Below are positions 37,701 through 50,939 of a DNA stretch of 64,000 bases, in pieces (positions within the stretch are counted from its first letter, which is position 1; each line of letters starts with the position of its first letter). The notes under the pieces were generated by a model. The model saw only the letters and a program-made list of their open reading frames with translations, ran no database searches and was not told where the DNA came from. The translations under genes were made by a program, and so were the position numbers. Source of the stretch: the human T2T-CHM13v2.0 reference genome, Homo sapiens; the NCBI RefSeq assembly GCF_009914755.1, contig NC_060941.1, one strand, 5' to 3'.

Positions 37701-40590
37701 TCTGACCGGCATTTTCTTTCTCACACTGCTGTACTCCTGCTGCTCTTGGCTCTTCCTGTCCCTGGGAGGCCACTCCTCGCATCCTGCTGAGGACCTGCAG
37801 GATCCTCACCAATTCCATGTGCCAGCCTTTTGATTCTATAAACCCTGGGCCTCAGTTTCCCCATCTGCAGCATGGAGATCACATTAGTACCTGCCTCAAG
37901 GGGTTGCTGAGAGGATCAAATGAGATGTAATGAAAGAAATTTGCATAGGCCAGGCACGCAGAGGACACCCCAGGACACCCCAGCACATAGTAGGTATTCA
38001 CTAAATGTTAGTGGGTGTTGTAGTGTGGGGGTAAGCTGCTCAACGTGGAATTTCTGGATGCAGAAGAATGGGCATTTTGATGGCCATGGGGCATGGAGGA
38101 CCCAGACCGGTGAGGTCTGGCCATGGGAGGCCAGGCTGCACCCTGATGCCCGCAGCCACCTGCTGTGGGCCCCCTGTCTTTCACGTGCCTTGTGCCCCAG
38201 CCACTCTGCCCGGGGTCCTCCCGTGTTGCCTCCTTCCCTCTCCAGCGAGGCCCGTGCCTCTGGCCCTTCCCTACGTCCTTCCCTCCAAAGCACAAGTGGT
38301 TCCATGTTGCAGGCGGGCCATGGTTGTCTCTGCTGGGCTGTTGGCATTGGGCGGGAGGACCCTCTGGCAGCCATGGTTGCCCCTGTGCAGCTGAGCATCT
38401 GGCCTCCCCACCGGATGTTAGGGGTGCTCCCGAGCCATGCTGGTCCGGAGCATCACCGGGGAGGGGGCGCTGCCAGGTGGATAGTCTGGGGATCCCCCGT
38501 TCTCTGCAGGTGAGGAAGTCCCTGTAGGGTAGAGAGGTGGGGAGGGTGTGAGGCCCTGGAGGCCAGGCCCTGGCCAGGTGGCCTTGCACAGCCGGGCAGA
38601 GGCAGGGCAGGGCTGTGGAGGGCAGAGCCTTGGTCACTCCTCCTCACCCTAGCCTGCTGCACACCTACAAGGTGAGGATAGAGAAGGTAGGGCCTGCAGT
38701 GGCCGTGTATGAGGCCAGATGGCACAGCCTGGGCCTGGCATGGAGCAGGCACTTGGTTAGATGGGAGAACCTTCCCCTTGTCCTGCATCCTCTCCAGAGC
38801 CCAGGACAGGGGCCCCAGAACCTCAGGGCAAGGGGCCCTGCCTGAAGGTGCATGGCCACCCCCTGCTGCCCACAGGTGCTTGGCAGTGGCGTCTGCAGTA
38901 CCTCAGGACCTCTGATGGCACCTGTCCTGGGGAGAGGGGCCAGTGTCTGGCAGGTCGCAGCCAAACACATCCATCCACACCGTCGAGGTACATCTGCCCA
39001 CGCAAAAGCCTGTGCCCACTTCTCGGGGCCTCAGTTTCCCCCGTGCCATGGAGCGCATTGGCCTTGTTGCTGTCCCTCTGAGGGACCCTGGGGAATAGAG
39101 GTGGCCTGGGGCAGGGCGGCGCCTCTTGCTGCTCACATCTCCCAGCCCTTGTGGCTCCTTCCCTGGCAGGCCCAGAACTTCTGCAGTAGAACAGGGACCT
39201 CCTGGAACATCCGGAAGTCAGGTGAGGGCAGTGAACTAGGAGCAGGGATTACTTCTGTTGTCAGAAACCTGGTGATGCTCCTGCATGTGGCATGGTGTGG
39301 GGCTGACTTTATGAGTGGAGGCGGAGCAGGGGCTGCAAGGAGGGGTTGTCATCTTGCCCCTGTGGGTGACCCTTAGAGGGTCACACAGCTTGGTCTCCCC
39401 AGGCCCAGGGTAGAGGGAGCAGCCGAAGTGGGGGCCCTGCCCTCAGGCTGTTGCTGTTTGGACGTTGGAGCCAGACAGACCTGCCTTTATGGCCACTCCT
39501 CACCAGACGCCCACCGTGTGGCCTCTCTAAGTCACCTCTTCTCCCGCATGCTTGATACAACAGATAAGTGAACCTCCCCTACTCCCTTGTGGAGTCACTG
39601 AGAGGGTGGACAGGGGTGGTCTGGGGCTGAGGGTGGTGTTCTCTTGGGAGCTGTGCACTTCCAGATGGCCCCATCTAATCTCCACGCGCCAGGCACTGCT
39701 ATGGCATGACGCTGATAACCCTGGGAGGTTTGTCTGTAATCTCCACTTTACATATGTCCAGAGAGGTGAAGCCACTTGCCTGAGGGCACACAGCTAGGAA
39801 GGGGCAGAGTTGCAGTTGAGCCCAGGCCTTGGCTCCAGAGTGAGTGCTCACAGGTGACCTGCTGACTGGCTCTCTGAGATGGTAACTGCAGAACGGCCAC
39901 CTGTGGGACTCCACAGCAGAGAAGCCATCAGGCCACAGGGAGAGCCGGTCACTGGGGCCTGCGCAGTCAGGCAGCCTCTCTGAACTGGTGAAAGGCAAGA
40001 CGACGTAGCAGCTAGGACAGTCACAGGGAAGAGCATTTCAGGCAGAGGGAAGGGCATGTGTGAAGGCCCTGCGGTGGGAAAGCAGGTGTCTCATTCAGAG
40101 AAGGGCTCACTCAAGGGTCGGGGGCTCTAGTTGGGGGTGAGTGGGAGGAGATAGGGCAGAGCTGCCACGGCCAGTGAGAGTTGTGTTCTAGTCTGGGGGT
40201 GCCTCTCTTTACCTGTGGTGTAGCCTCAGGTCAGTGGCTGAATTCTGGTCAGTTTCAGTTTCCTTGCCCCTGCCTGGGGGCTGCTATGAGGCTGGAGTAT
40301 GTGGAGGACACCCCAGGACACCCCGTGCTGAGAGCCGGGACAGGCGGGCTTATCGTGGGTTGCCAGTGGCCGCCGAGAGCCTCTGTTTGTTGTGGTGATG
40401 GTTGCCACAACGGCTGCACCTGGGCAGCCCTGGGCTGCCTGGCCATCTGGGCCCAGCTCTGACGTCTGCAGCAGCCTGAGGCCTGTTTCTAGGCTGTCTC
40501 CATGACGGCCTCACCCACTCCCTCTGACAGCTGGGTGGCTTCCCCATGGAGCCTGTGGCCCTCCTGATGCAGGCTCGGTGTCCCCAACAG

Positions 40591-40685
40591 GCCGGTGGAT
40601 GCAGAGGCCAGTCCATATACCACCCAGGCCTGCGAGGAGCGTGGTCCCCACCCACCCAGCCCATATGTGCAAGTGCCCTTGACAG
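40591..40685 (+). other. MAP2K3: Candidate alternative exon B (95 nt)
   Basis: CCCCAACAG| acceptor and CAG|GTGGGG donor. Recalled from the MKK3 cDNA leader. Confidence 0.55.
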
Positions 40686-41001
40686 GTGGGGAAACTGAGG
40701 CTTGGTGAAGGGGGAGCCACATGATACAACATTCCCAAATCCCAAGGCATGAGGTGGGTGGCAGGCTGGGGCCAGAGGGACCAAGAGCAGAGAGAGTGCA
40801 GGGAGGGTGTGGCGTGGACCCCACAGGGAAAGGGTGGGACTCAAGGGGCTGGGGGCAAGGTCAAGGCCCAGGGTCTCTGTGCAGAGCTTTAATTTTTAAC
40901 AGAAAATATTTTATATTCTGGTTACGAAAAGCCTGACATCAGGAATAAAAGCTACCTATAATTCTCATTACTTAGGGCAGTTTTTTTTTTCACCTCTGCA
41001 G

Positions 41002-41126
41002 AGAGGCTGGTCATATCCATGGTGACCATTTATGGGCCACAACAGGTCCCCATCTGCGCAGTGAACCCTGTGCTGAGCACCTTGCAGACGTGATCTTGCT
41101 TCGTCCTGCAGCACTGTGCGGGGCAG
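41002..41126 (+). other. MAP2K3: Candidate alternative exon C (125 nt)
   Basis: Strong T10CACCTCTGCAG acceptor and CAG|GTGGGT donor. Confidence 0.65.
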
Positions 41127-41816
41127 GTGGGTGGCATTTCTGCCTCGAGCTGTTTTGTACATGAGGAACCCAAGGTGCAGAGGAGGGCACCATGCCAGGG
41201 TCGCAGAGCTGGAGTTTACCACGGCTGCGCCACTCCAAGCCCAGAGCCTCAGAAGTTCAGAGACTTTGGCCCAGAGGCAGGATAGAAGTGGCCTCAGAAG
41301 CTGCTGGCCCTGTGTGCCATGGTTTTTCCTGTTAGAATGTGCTGAGCCTCTGCATCTCCAGACTCTGTTGCCGTTTCTTGTTGAGCACGAGACTTGGGCC
41401 CCTCCTTCCGCCTCAGGGAGGGCTCCCTGTGGCAGGGGTGCTGTGAGCCATGGCCTGGCCTGTTGGGGTCTGCGAGTCAATAAACTCAGGAGTGACTCCT
41501 GGCCAGACCCCTGACTTGCTGTGCAGCCTGGGGCAAGTGGCTTCACCTCTCTGAGCCTGTTCCCCAAGTAAAGTGAGGTTGGGAGCCCCTCCCTGTAGGG
41601 CTGTGGGAGTATCTGGAGTCACAGATGAGAAGGGCCCTGCCTGTGGCCGGTGCTGTGGCTGTGACAGACTCGCAGTGAGACCCATGCGGTCCCTGACAGC
41701 CAGGGTGTTGCTGCATCTTAAAATGAGATAAAAACGCTGCGCACAGGAGTAGTGACTAGGCGATTGATTCATGGGGTGAGCAGTTAGCAGGCAGGCACCC
41801 AGTGCATGTGGCGGCA

Positions 41817-41817
<1 letters not shown>

Positions 41818-41844
<27 letters not shown>
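41818..41844 (+). repeat. (CTG)9 in intron 1
   Basis: Direct count. Confidence 0.95.
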
Positions 41845-41847
<3 letters not shown>

Positions 41848-43330
41848 CTGTCTGTGGACGCTGTTGTTTCCTGAAGCCTCTGGGGCCTGGCAGCGGGGTC
41901 CCCGGGGTGGCTTTGGTGGAAAGGCTGCAGGTATCTGCTTGCCTGGCTCCTGCACTCTGCCCACCTGCCCCAGGATGGACCCTGGGACCCCTGTCCCTGC
42001 CAAGGCTATTCTGTTTCCTGTTGTTCTGGCCTTGTCTTCCCAGTAGCGGTAACCACCCTTCGCCCTCCATCTGGGCTGGGTTGGCTGCTGGGCCCCGGTG
42101 CGTGGCTCTTAGATGGGGCCACAAGTCTGTGTTGCACCGTGGCCAAGGCTGGATCTGAACCTGGCTTGGAGGCGGCTTCAGAGACTGGGGTCTTCTTGGC
42201 AGGCGGCAGCAGGGCCATGGGCAGTTTCTAAGCCCCAGTACCAGCAGCCAGGGTGAGCCAGCAGCAGGGAGTGGCGGGTGGTGGGTGAGGGCCAAGATGT
42301 GGCAGGATCATGCTTGGGAAATGATGAGGCAGAAGCTCCCACAAGGGCAGGCATGTGGCCAGCATGTCTGTACTGGGTGGTCTCCGGGAGCCGTGTCACT
42401 CCCAGCCCTGCTGCCTGATGGTGCCAGAGCACCAGGTGACCCTGGCATCTCTGATCCTTGCTTCTCCTGCCTGTGGAATGGCGGCTATGCCTTATTCAAA
42501 GGGCGGCCCTGACTACAGGGAGCTCTCTCTGCATGCCAGCCCCACTGTGCCTGGAGCCCCAGAAATGCTGACCCTCCGTTAGTACCAGCTGAGTGCTGTG
42601 CACCTGGCCAGGCTCTTGTAGCCAGCCTGAGAGGTGTGGACACTGGGGCCTCTCGCCTGTCCCTAGGGGTGGAGTGAGGAAGGTACTGCCCCGGGACTCT
42701 GGCCTGCCTGGTGCAGGGGAGGGGAGAGAGCCAGCGCTTTTCAGGGGAGGGAGAGAAACGGGCATCGGGTGTCGGCCTCCAGGGTGAGCAGGGCCCAGCA
42801 GAGCTAGCCTGGAGGGCAGCCCGGGCTGGAGTCCCCGCCTGCTCCACCGCCTGTTGCCCTTTCTGGGGGCCTGGCCTTCCTCATCTTGGATGCAGTATGA
42901 GCCCCATCCTGCTACCTGCAGCTATGAAGCCCCTGTACAGTGGCTGCTGCAGGTGCTGGCTGGACCCCCGCTGGGCCCCTTCTCACCCCACATCCCATTG
43001 ACTAGTCAGGCAGGGCAGTGAGGACACCTCACAGATGGGGAAACTGAAGCCCAGGGAGGTACTCAAGATGTGCCCAGTGGGCAGGGCTGAGATAAGGCCC
43101 TGGAGTCCAGCCTCCAGGCCTGGGTCTGTCCTGCTCTGCTCCCCTGCAGGGCTGGTGGGCCTCCTTCCCCCTTTGAAGGCCTAACGGCCTGGCTTGGAGA
43201 GAGGGGGCTCCCGGCATGGGTGATGGCAGAGGCTGGCACCCTTGTGGGCCAGGGCCTGATGGCTCATGGGAGTGCAGGGGACATTGATGTCAAGGGATAG
43301 GCCAGACGCCTCACCTTCTCTCCATTCTAG

Positions 43331-43397
43331 GAAAATCCAAGAGGAAGAAGGATCTACGGATATCCTGCATGTCCAAGCCACCCGCACCCAACCCCAC
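43331..43397 (+). CDS. MAP2K3: Exon 2 (GKSKRKKDLRISCMSKPPAPNPT; MAPK docking motif, Met30)
   Basis: TTCTAG| ... |GTGAGT. Confidence 0.97.
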
Positions 43398-43795
43398 GTG
43401 AGTCTGCCTCAGTTTCTCCCTGGCTCACCCTGGAGAGGCTTCCCGAACAGGGCTCAATGGAAGGAGTGAGAGGCAGGTGGGGCCAGCCCTGCTTTACCTC
43501 GTCCTGTCCTGGGCAGCCCCTGCTGTGCATACAGCCAGGTGACGGCTGCTGGGGGTTCATGCAGCACCATTTGCTCTGCTCTGCTCACTTCTCACCCTGT
43601 CTTGGAGGCTCGATGAGGCCGTGCCCAGCTCAGTGTAGATGCTCAGCAGCCAGTGAGAGGAGGTGGCCGGAGAAGGCGCCTCCGGGGCAGGAGGCACCTC
43701 GTCCCCACGCCAGGCCCCACACTGGCCCATCTACTGCTGCACTTGGGGAAGGGTGTGGTTCTCTCTGAAGCTCACGGAGTCTTCTTTCTCCACAG

Positions 43796-43844
43796 ACCCC
43801 CCCGGAACCTGGACTCCCGGACCTTCATCACCATTGGAGACAGA
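43796..43844 (+). CDS. MAP2K3: Exon 3 (PPRNLDSRTFITIGDR)
   Basis: CCACAG| ... |GTAGGT. Confidence 0.97.
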
Positions 43845-44317
43845 GTAGGTGCCAGCCGCCACCCCTGCAGGGCCTCTCACTTCACCTGACGAGCGGGTAG
43901 AGCTGACCCTGCAGGGCCACTTTGGGGGGAGGTGACTGAGGGGTCAGAGAGGGTCAGGCTCTGGAGAAGAGCCTCGTCCTGCGCTGCTGGCTGTGTGGCC
44001 CTGGGCCACCCACTCTTTGACCCTCCTGGTGGGAATGAGGACCATCGGCTGCCTGACTGGAGCTTGGCGAGCCCAGAGCTGGTAGGAAGGTTTCTGAGCT
44101 GAGAGCAAGGCCCTGCACCTCATCCTAGCCCTAGGGGAGAGTATTGAACATGCAGGCTCCTAGGCCGCCCTGGACCCGCTGGATCACTCCCTCAGGCCAG
44201 CACCTGGGCAACCTGCATTTTATGCTTCCAGAAGCCTCGGAAGGGCACTAGCCATTCAGAATCCTGGCTCAGGGACCGTGCTATGCCCCGTTCCTCCCAA
44301 CAGAAACCCTACTCCCA

Positions 44318-44994
<677 letters not shown>

Positions 44995-45462
44995 CTACTT
45001 GCTTACTCCTTTTTGTGTCCCTCCCAAGAGAGGGAAACATCTGTGAAGGCAATACTTTTGTTTTGTTGTCACTGTGTCCCCAGTGCCTAAAACACATTGT
45101 GGATGCTTGGTAAACAGTTTCTGAATGAGTGACTCATTCTAGCCAGCTGAGTGGGGTCGGGAAAAGAGGGACGGGGCACCTCTTTCTCAGAGCTGTACCT
45201 GCTGGCGGGGCATTTTGTCTCAGTCACACTCCATAGCAGCCTTGGGGTGTTGGCACTGTGCCTGTTTTATAGAGGGCATCGTGAGGCTCAGAGAGGTTAA
45301 GTGACTTGCTGAGGGTCACACAGCAGGGAGCGGTGGATATGAGGTTTGAGCCCAGATCTAATCAGCTGGTCCTCTTCATGCTGCCCAGGTATCTCCACTG
45401 GGCATGGGGTGAGGACTGGCTTCCAGCTTGCTGGCCACTGACTCTCTTTTCCATCCTTCAAG

Positions 45463-45576
45463 AACTTTGAGGTGGAGGCTGATGACTTGGTGACCATCTC
45501 AGAACTGGGCCGTGGAGCCTATGGGGTGGTAGAGAAGGTGCGGCACGCCCAGAGCGGCACCATCATGGCCGTGAAG
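45463..45576 (+). CDS. MAP2K3: Exon 4 (Gly loop GRGAYG, catalytic Lys in MAVK)
   Basis: TTCAAG| ... |GTGAGC. Confidence 0.98.
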
Positions 45577-45791
45577 GTGAGCAGGGCCTGGAGGCAGCTG
45601 GGAGGGCTCCCTGGAGGAGGCGGGCTGAGCTCTGCCATGGGGCCCTGCCTATCCCTCTCAGTGATCAGTACCGAGGCTAGGCTTTTTGGGGCACACTGGG
45701 CAGTGGCCCCCTGAGCTCCTGGCCCTCCTGTCATGAGTGTGGGTGTTGGCCTCTGCCACGGCAACCTCTGAATGGCAGTCCTTCCCTGCAG

Positions 45792-45911
45792 CGGATCCGG
45801 GCCACCGTGAACTCACAGGAGCAGAAGCGGCTGCTCATGGACCTGGACATCAACATGCGCACGGTCGACTGCTTCTACACTGTCACCTTCTACGGGGCAC
45901 TATTCAGAGAG
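45792..45911 (+). CDS. MAP2K3: Exon 5 (RIRATVNSQEQKRLLMDLD...GALFRE)
   Basis: CTGCAG| ... |GTGCGT. Confidence 0.98.
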
Positions 45912-47060
45912 GTGCGTCCTTGCATGATGCAGCTGGGGATCTCCACCTCCCACCCATCAGTCGCCTGCAACCCACTGTCACTCAGTCCCTCCAGTACGCC
46001 AGGTGCTGGGGACACCTGGCATACTGGCAGGAGGCTCCCCCGTCTCTTGGCTGTTACTGTCCTGCTCAGTGCCTCAGTTTCCTTGTCAGTCAAATGAGGC
46101 CGGTGGTTGTGGGTGCCTCCTAAAGTTGACACGGAAGGTAAACGACATGGCCTGGGGCCTGGCATTCGGCTGCACTCAGTTCTGTCTGTGTGACCATTCG
46201 CATCCCCATGGCATACAGGGCGTGGGAATGGCATATGGGGCGTGGGGTGCCCAAGCAGGCAACGGCCATGGAGATATGAGATCTGGATTCTGGGTTCTAG
46301 GTTTGTGGACAGGATGGGGTGTGTGCTGAGAGAGTGACTGAGGCTGGAAGAGTGGAGCTGCCTTCCGCCAAGCCGGGTGGGTGTGGGTGAGCAGGGAGGC
46401 CGGGAGCCTAGGCGATGCTGGGCTCATACTGGTCACTTGCCCCTCAAAGAGCTGTGGCAGGGTCAGGGCATCTGAGTCCAGCAATCGGGCAAGGTCAGGG
46501 CTGCTTCACCTGTCCTCACTCGTCACTCATGAAGAGCTCAGCATCCTCTGTGCCAGCCCCTAGCCGATGGGGCCCCTGCAGCCTGCGGGTGCCCCCTGCG
46601 CATCTCCCAACCTTCCTGTCAGGAGGGTCCTCAGGAGTTCACTGGGGAAGAGGGAGCAGGTCCTTGCAGGCAGGGAGCCATCTGCCAGGGTCAGCTGGCA
46701 TGAGGGTGTCTGTCGGTCAGCAGGGCCGGCTGTTGCCATGGAGCTGGTGCAGGTGCATCCTGAAGCTCTGGTGGAGGGACCCAGCGAGGCTGTGTGCTAA
46801 TCCTCCTCCTCCCTGGAGACACCTGGAATTAGGGATCAGATAGAGGAGGCTGGCGCCCGAACCTGGCAGTGCAGGCAGAGTTGGAGGGTGGGGGAAGCGG
46901 GCAAGTGGGTGGTGGGTGGGAGCCCGGTGAACTGTGGCTGAGTGGGTGGGCACACGTCGGAGAGGGGGCTGGGGCTGGGGCTGGTGCTGGGGCAGGCAGT
47001 GCAGGTGGTGCAGACACGGGCAGCCCGGCAGCCTGGCTGAGCTCTGGGTGTCACCCACAG

Positions 47061-47177
47061 GGAGACGTGTGGATCTGCATGGAGCTCATGGACACATCCT
47101 TGGACAAGTTCTACCGGAAGGTGCTGGATAAAAACATGACAATTCCAGAGGACATCCTTGGGGAGATTGCTGTGTCT
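47061..47177 (+). CDS. MAP2K3: Exon 6 (GDVWICMELMDTSLDKFY...EIAVS)
   Basis: CCACAG| ... |GTGAGT. Confidence 0.98.
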
Positions 47178-48100
47178 GTGAGTGGCCTGGGTGGGCTGGC
47201 GGGGGGTCCTACGTGCATAGGCAGAGGCCCAGCCCTGCCAGCAGGCATGGAGCCTGCCTATTGATGGTGTCTTGGGCAGAGCTGGGCATCAATGTGCCCC
47301 CTGAACCTGGGCAGCTGCCCTGCATAGGCCCTTCTCCTCCACCCCAGACCAGAGCCTTTGTGCTTAGGAGACCTCCGCTCCTGGGGCTCCTGGAGCCCCA
47401 CAGATTTGGCAGATCCAGGTGTCTGAGCCATTGATTCCAACTCTTGAGTTCCAGATCATTTTTTAAAAAAGGAATTTAGTATTTACAACAGCGTCATACT
47501 AAAAATGCCCCGGGGCAGCTCACAGAGGTACAAGCTAAGTTGGGGGAAAGGTTAGCATCCAAAATGTGTGCTTTTTGAGTCTAAAAAGTCCTTGAGGGAG
47601 GGCAGCAACACTGGGCTTGAGCATTCCAGTAGCCAAAGGAAAAAGGAAAATAGAACCAGTGAGACTGGTTCAATCCTCACTGCATCTGGAAACATTTACA
47701 ATATACCCCTGCCTCAGGCTCCCCACCCAGCCTTCCCAAGGGAAATGGCTCCAAGCTGCTAGAATACTGGCTCTGCCACGGGAGGGGAGATGGGACAGGG
47801 AGGCTGCCAAGAGCTGGGTTTTACCCAAGAAGAGTGTGGCAGGCAGTGATGATGCCTCCCTGGGAGGTGAGCCCGGGAGGATGAGAGGAGGCAGGAGGCC
47901 GAGTGTGTCTGCACCAGGATTGTTAGGATGCTGGGGCAAATGCCAGGACAGGGCAGGAGGCTGGGATGAGAGGGTGCGTAGCCTGTGCAGCGGGAGCGGG
48001 AGACAGGTGGACATGGATGGGGTCTTACTGCTCTGTCGTTTTTGACGTGACCAGGAATAACAGAGTCCTGTCTCTTCCCTCCTCCCCACCCCACCGCCAG

Positions 48101-48152
48101 ATCGTGCGGGCCCTGGAGCATCTGCACAGCAAGCTGTCGGTGATCCACAGAG
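48101..48152 (+). CDS. MAP2K3: Exon 7 (IVRALEHLHSKLSVIHR)
   Basis: CGCCAG| ... |GTCAGT. Confidence 0.98.
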
Positions 48153-49343
48153 GTCAGTGCCTGGCAGCCACCCAGGCACGGTGTAGCCAGTGGGAGGGAT
48201 CCCAGGCCAAGGCGGGTGGACGTCTCCCTATGAGCAACTGTGGCTCCGAGAGGTGATAGGTTGTGACGTGCCCGATGGGGTTCCAGCCGCTTTCCACCTG
48301 CAGCCCTGCAGCTGCCTCCCCTCAGGTTTGCTGGTGCTCGAAGCAAGGACTGGCTTGACTTCTGTCCTGAGAAAGGTGGACTGGGTTCTGTTCTGATGTA
48401 TAGTTTACAAATCGTGAAACTCCAGCATAGAGTGCATATAATCATGTTCACACCCATGCAACCACCTCCCTCCAAGATGCAGGACAATTCTCTCACCCCC
48501 TCCCAGAATGTTCTCTTGGGCTCCTTCCCTGCCATCCCCCATGTGCCTAAGGCACCCACAAGTCTGGTTTTCCCACAGTGGGTTGGTTTCGCCCTTTCTG
48601 GAACATCAGCCTCGCTTGATGTTTCTGGACCCACCTGGGTCTGGTGTGGTCTCAGTTTGTTCCTTTTTGCTGCTGAGCACAAGTCTATTTTTCCAGATTT
48701 ACTGCTTTTCAAAAAATGAATTAGGCTTAGTTCCCATTGTCCACTGGGTGCCCATCCCAGCCCCCCAGGTCACTGTGGTTGGCGGTTGGCACGGAACCTT
48801 CTGGTCCTTTTTATGTGCATTTCCATCTTTACACACATCCCCATGGAGGGCACGGGGATGTGAGTGTCCTATGCGCATTTGTATGGAGAATCCCTGCTGG
48901 GCTGCTCTCCCATGCTGGTCTGTGGGGACTCCATGTCCAAACACGCAGATCCTGCCTCCCAGGCTTTAATTGATCCTGCTGCCCTCTGGGAGCACCCACA
49001 CAAGCCAGGCTCTCACTGGACCTCATGTCTGGAGGGCGGATGCAGGCACGGTGCTCCCAGCAAAGCACCTGGAGTCCTGCCTTCCTTGCAGTGGCCGGGC
49101 CGGGCTGGGCACGTCCTGGCTGTTCCCTGAGGACCAAGTATGACTCTCAGCTGGCCCGGCACCTCTTGCAGCCTCAGTTCCCTGGTCTGACCCTTGGGAC
49201 CCTGGTGCAACCTGCCCACTGGGGCATGGGAGGGGGCACAGGAGGGGTCTTGGGCGAGGGAGGGGGGCACAGCTATGCAGAGCATGGCACCTGCCTCCAG
49301 TCGTGCTCCACAGACGTGGCTGAGGCATGTCCCTCCCTGGCAG

Positions 49344-49471
49344 ATGTGAAGCCCTCCAATGTCCTTATCAACAAGGAGGGCCATGTGAAGATGTGTGACT
49401 TTGGCATCAGTGGCTACTTGGTGGACTCTGTGGCCAAGACGATGGATGCCGGCTGCAAGCCCTACATGGCC
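49344..49471 (+). CDS. MAP2K3: Exon 8 (DVKPSN, DFG, activation loop DSVAKT)
   Basis: TGGCAG| ... |GTGAGT. Confidence 0.98.
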
Positions 49472-49968
49472 GTGAGTGGTCCCCAAGCCCCCCAGGCTCA
49501 GGAGAGGATGGGGCGGGGAGAGATCTGCCCAGGCTGGCCACCCCGGCCATACCCTCTGTCCGTAGGGGCAGAGCCTCCCCACACTGCGTTTCCTGCTGTA
49601 GTGGGGCCACCTGTGTCTTGCTGCCCAGGGGCAGCCCTTCTGTACCCCGTTGTTAACTGACCCCCACAGTGCCCCAGTTGGGTGATAAGCTCATGGACCA
49701 CCTCTGCGGAGGACACTGGTGGGCTGTGCAGGTCCCGCCCCGCCCTCATTGTCAGGAGGGCCTTAGGGGCCTGCTCCCGGGTAGGGTCAGACCGATGCAA
49801 GGGTTGGGCCTTCTAAGCATGACCCAAGCCCTCCTAGCCTCAGTTTCCTCCCCCGTCACATGGGCAGGTGGGCTAAGCTGAGCGCTCAGTTTGGGGATTG
49901 GGAGGCAAGGCCTAGCCATGGGGGCTTACCTGGGGCGGGTGTTCACGCCTCACTCTTCCCTCCTGCAG

Positions 49969-50046
49969 CCTGAGAGGATCAACCCAGAGCTGAACCAGAA
50001 GGGCTACAATGTCAAGTCCGACGTCTGGAGCCTGGGCATCACCATG
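49969..50046 (+). CDS. MAP2K3: Exon 9 (PERINPELNQKGYNVKSDVWSLGITM)
   Basis: CTGCAG| ... |GTACTG. Confidence 0.98.
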
Positions 50047-50939
50047 GTACTGTGGGGGGCCAGGGCCTGCCCTTGGTGGTCAGGTGGGGTGGGTGGAGCC
50101 GTGCCTGGGGCCCTGAGCTTTTGGGGGACTCATCAAATAGTTTAGGTTCTGGAAAGAAGTATTGGCTTCAAAATCTGAGAAGAAAATGTGCCATCAGAAA
50201 TTACCATCTATTTAAGGGAACCTCCTAGGGTCAGGGTCACTCATCGTGAAGTCCTGGGTGCTTTGTGATATGGTGGCCACAGGGCTTTCTCTGGAGTTCT
50301 TGGTGCTTGTTGAGAAATCACAGCCAATCCCAAATTACGTAAGTTCCTGGTATGTAAATCATGCAAAAGCAAGATGGTAAAGATCTTTTCAAAAATATTT
50401 CATAGCAGAAGGTTTGTTGTCGGTGGCGTCCTGGTACATTGCGGTGGGGTGGTAGAAAGGGTGGGCGGGCTCTCAATCCTGGGCCTGTGGAAGCCAAAGG
50501 CATCCCTGGCTTGGGTAGGGTGAGGGCAGATGTGGCAGAAGTCCGAAGTCCAGGTGTAGGGATGGGCCCAGAGCAGTTGCTTCTGGAGTTGCCTGGCAGA
50601 ACCCCATGCCTTCCGTGTTGGGGCTCAGGTCAAGGTGTGGGTGAGCCCGCTCTGGCTCCCCTGTGGACAGTGGATTGGAGGGATGGGAAGACCACCAGGA
50701 TGTGTCCCCCAGCCAGGGCTAGGAAGCTGTGCAGGAGACGCGTGGAAGGACGATGCCATCAGCAGGTCGGGCTCAGGCTGGTGGCCTTGGCCAGTTGAGT
50801 GGCTTGGGACCAATGGAGTGTCCTGGGCGTCAGCTCCTTCCCTGCCCAGGGAAGCCTGGCCCAGGACATTCCTGCTTGTCCCTAGTCCCTTTGACTGTTT
50901 GGTGTTGGGGATGAGGCCGTCAGATAGAATCAGTAAGAT

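Noticed and set aside
41413-42295. PolyQ and polyA ORFs
   Set aside because: Reading frames of the (CTG)9 tract with no coding context.
47759-48712. Longest ORF in the track (317 aa, minus strand)
   Set aside because: Antisense to intron 6, exon 7 and an L1-like remnant; no recognisable domain; plausible by chance in GC-rich DNA.
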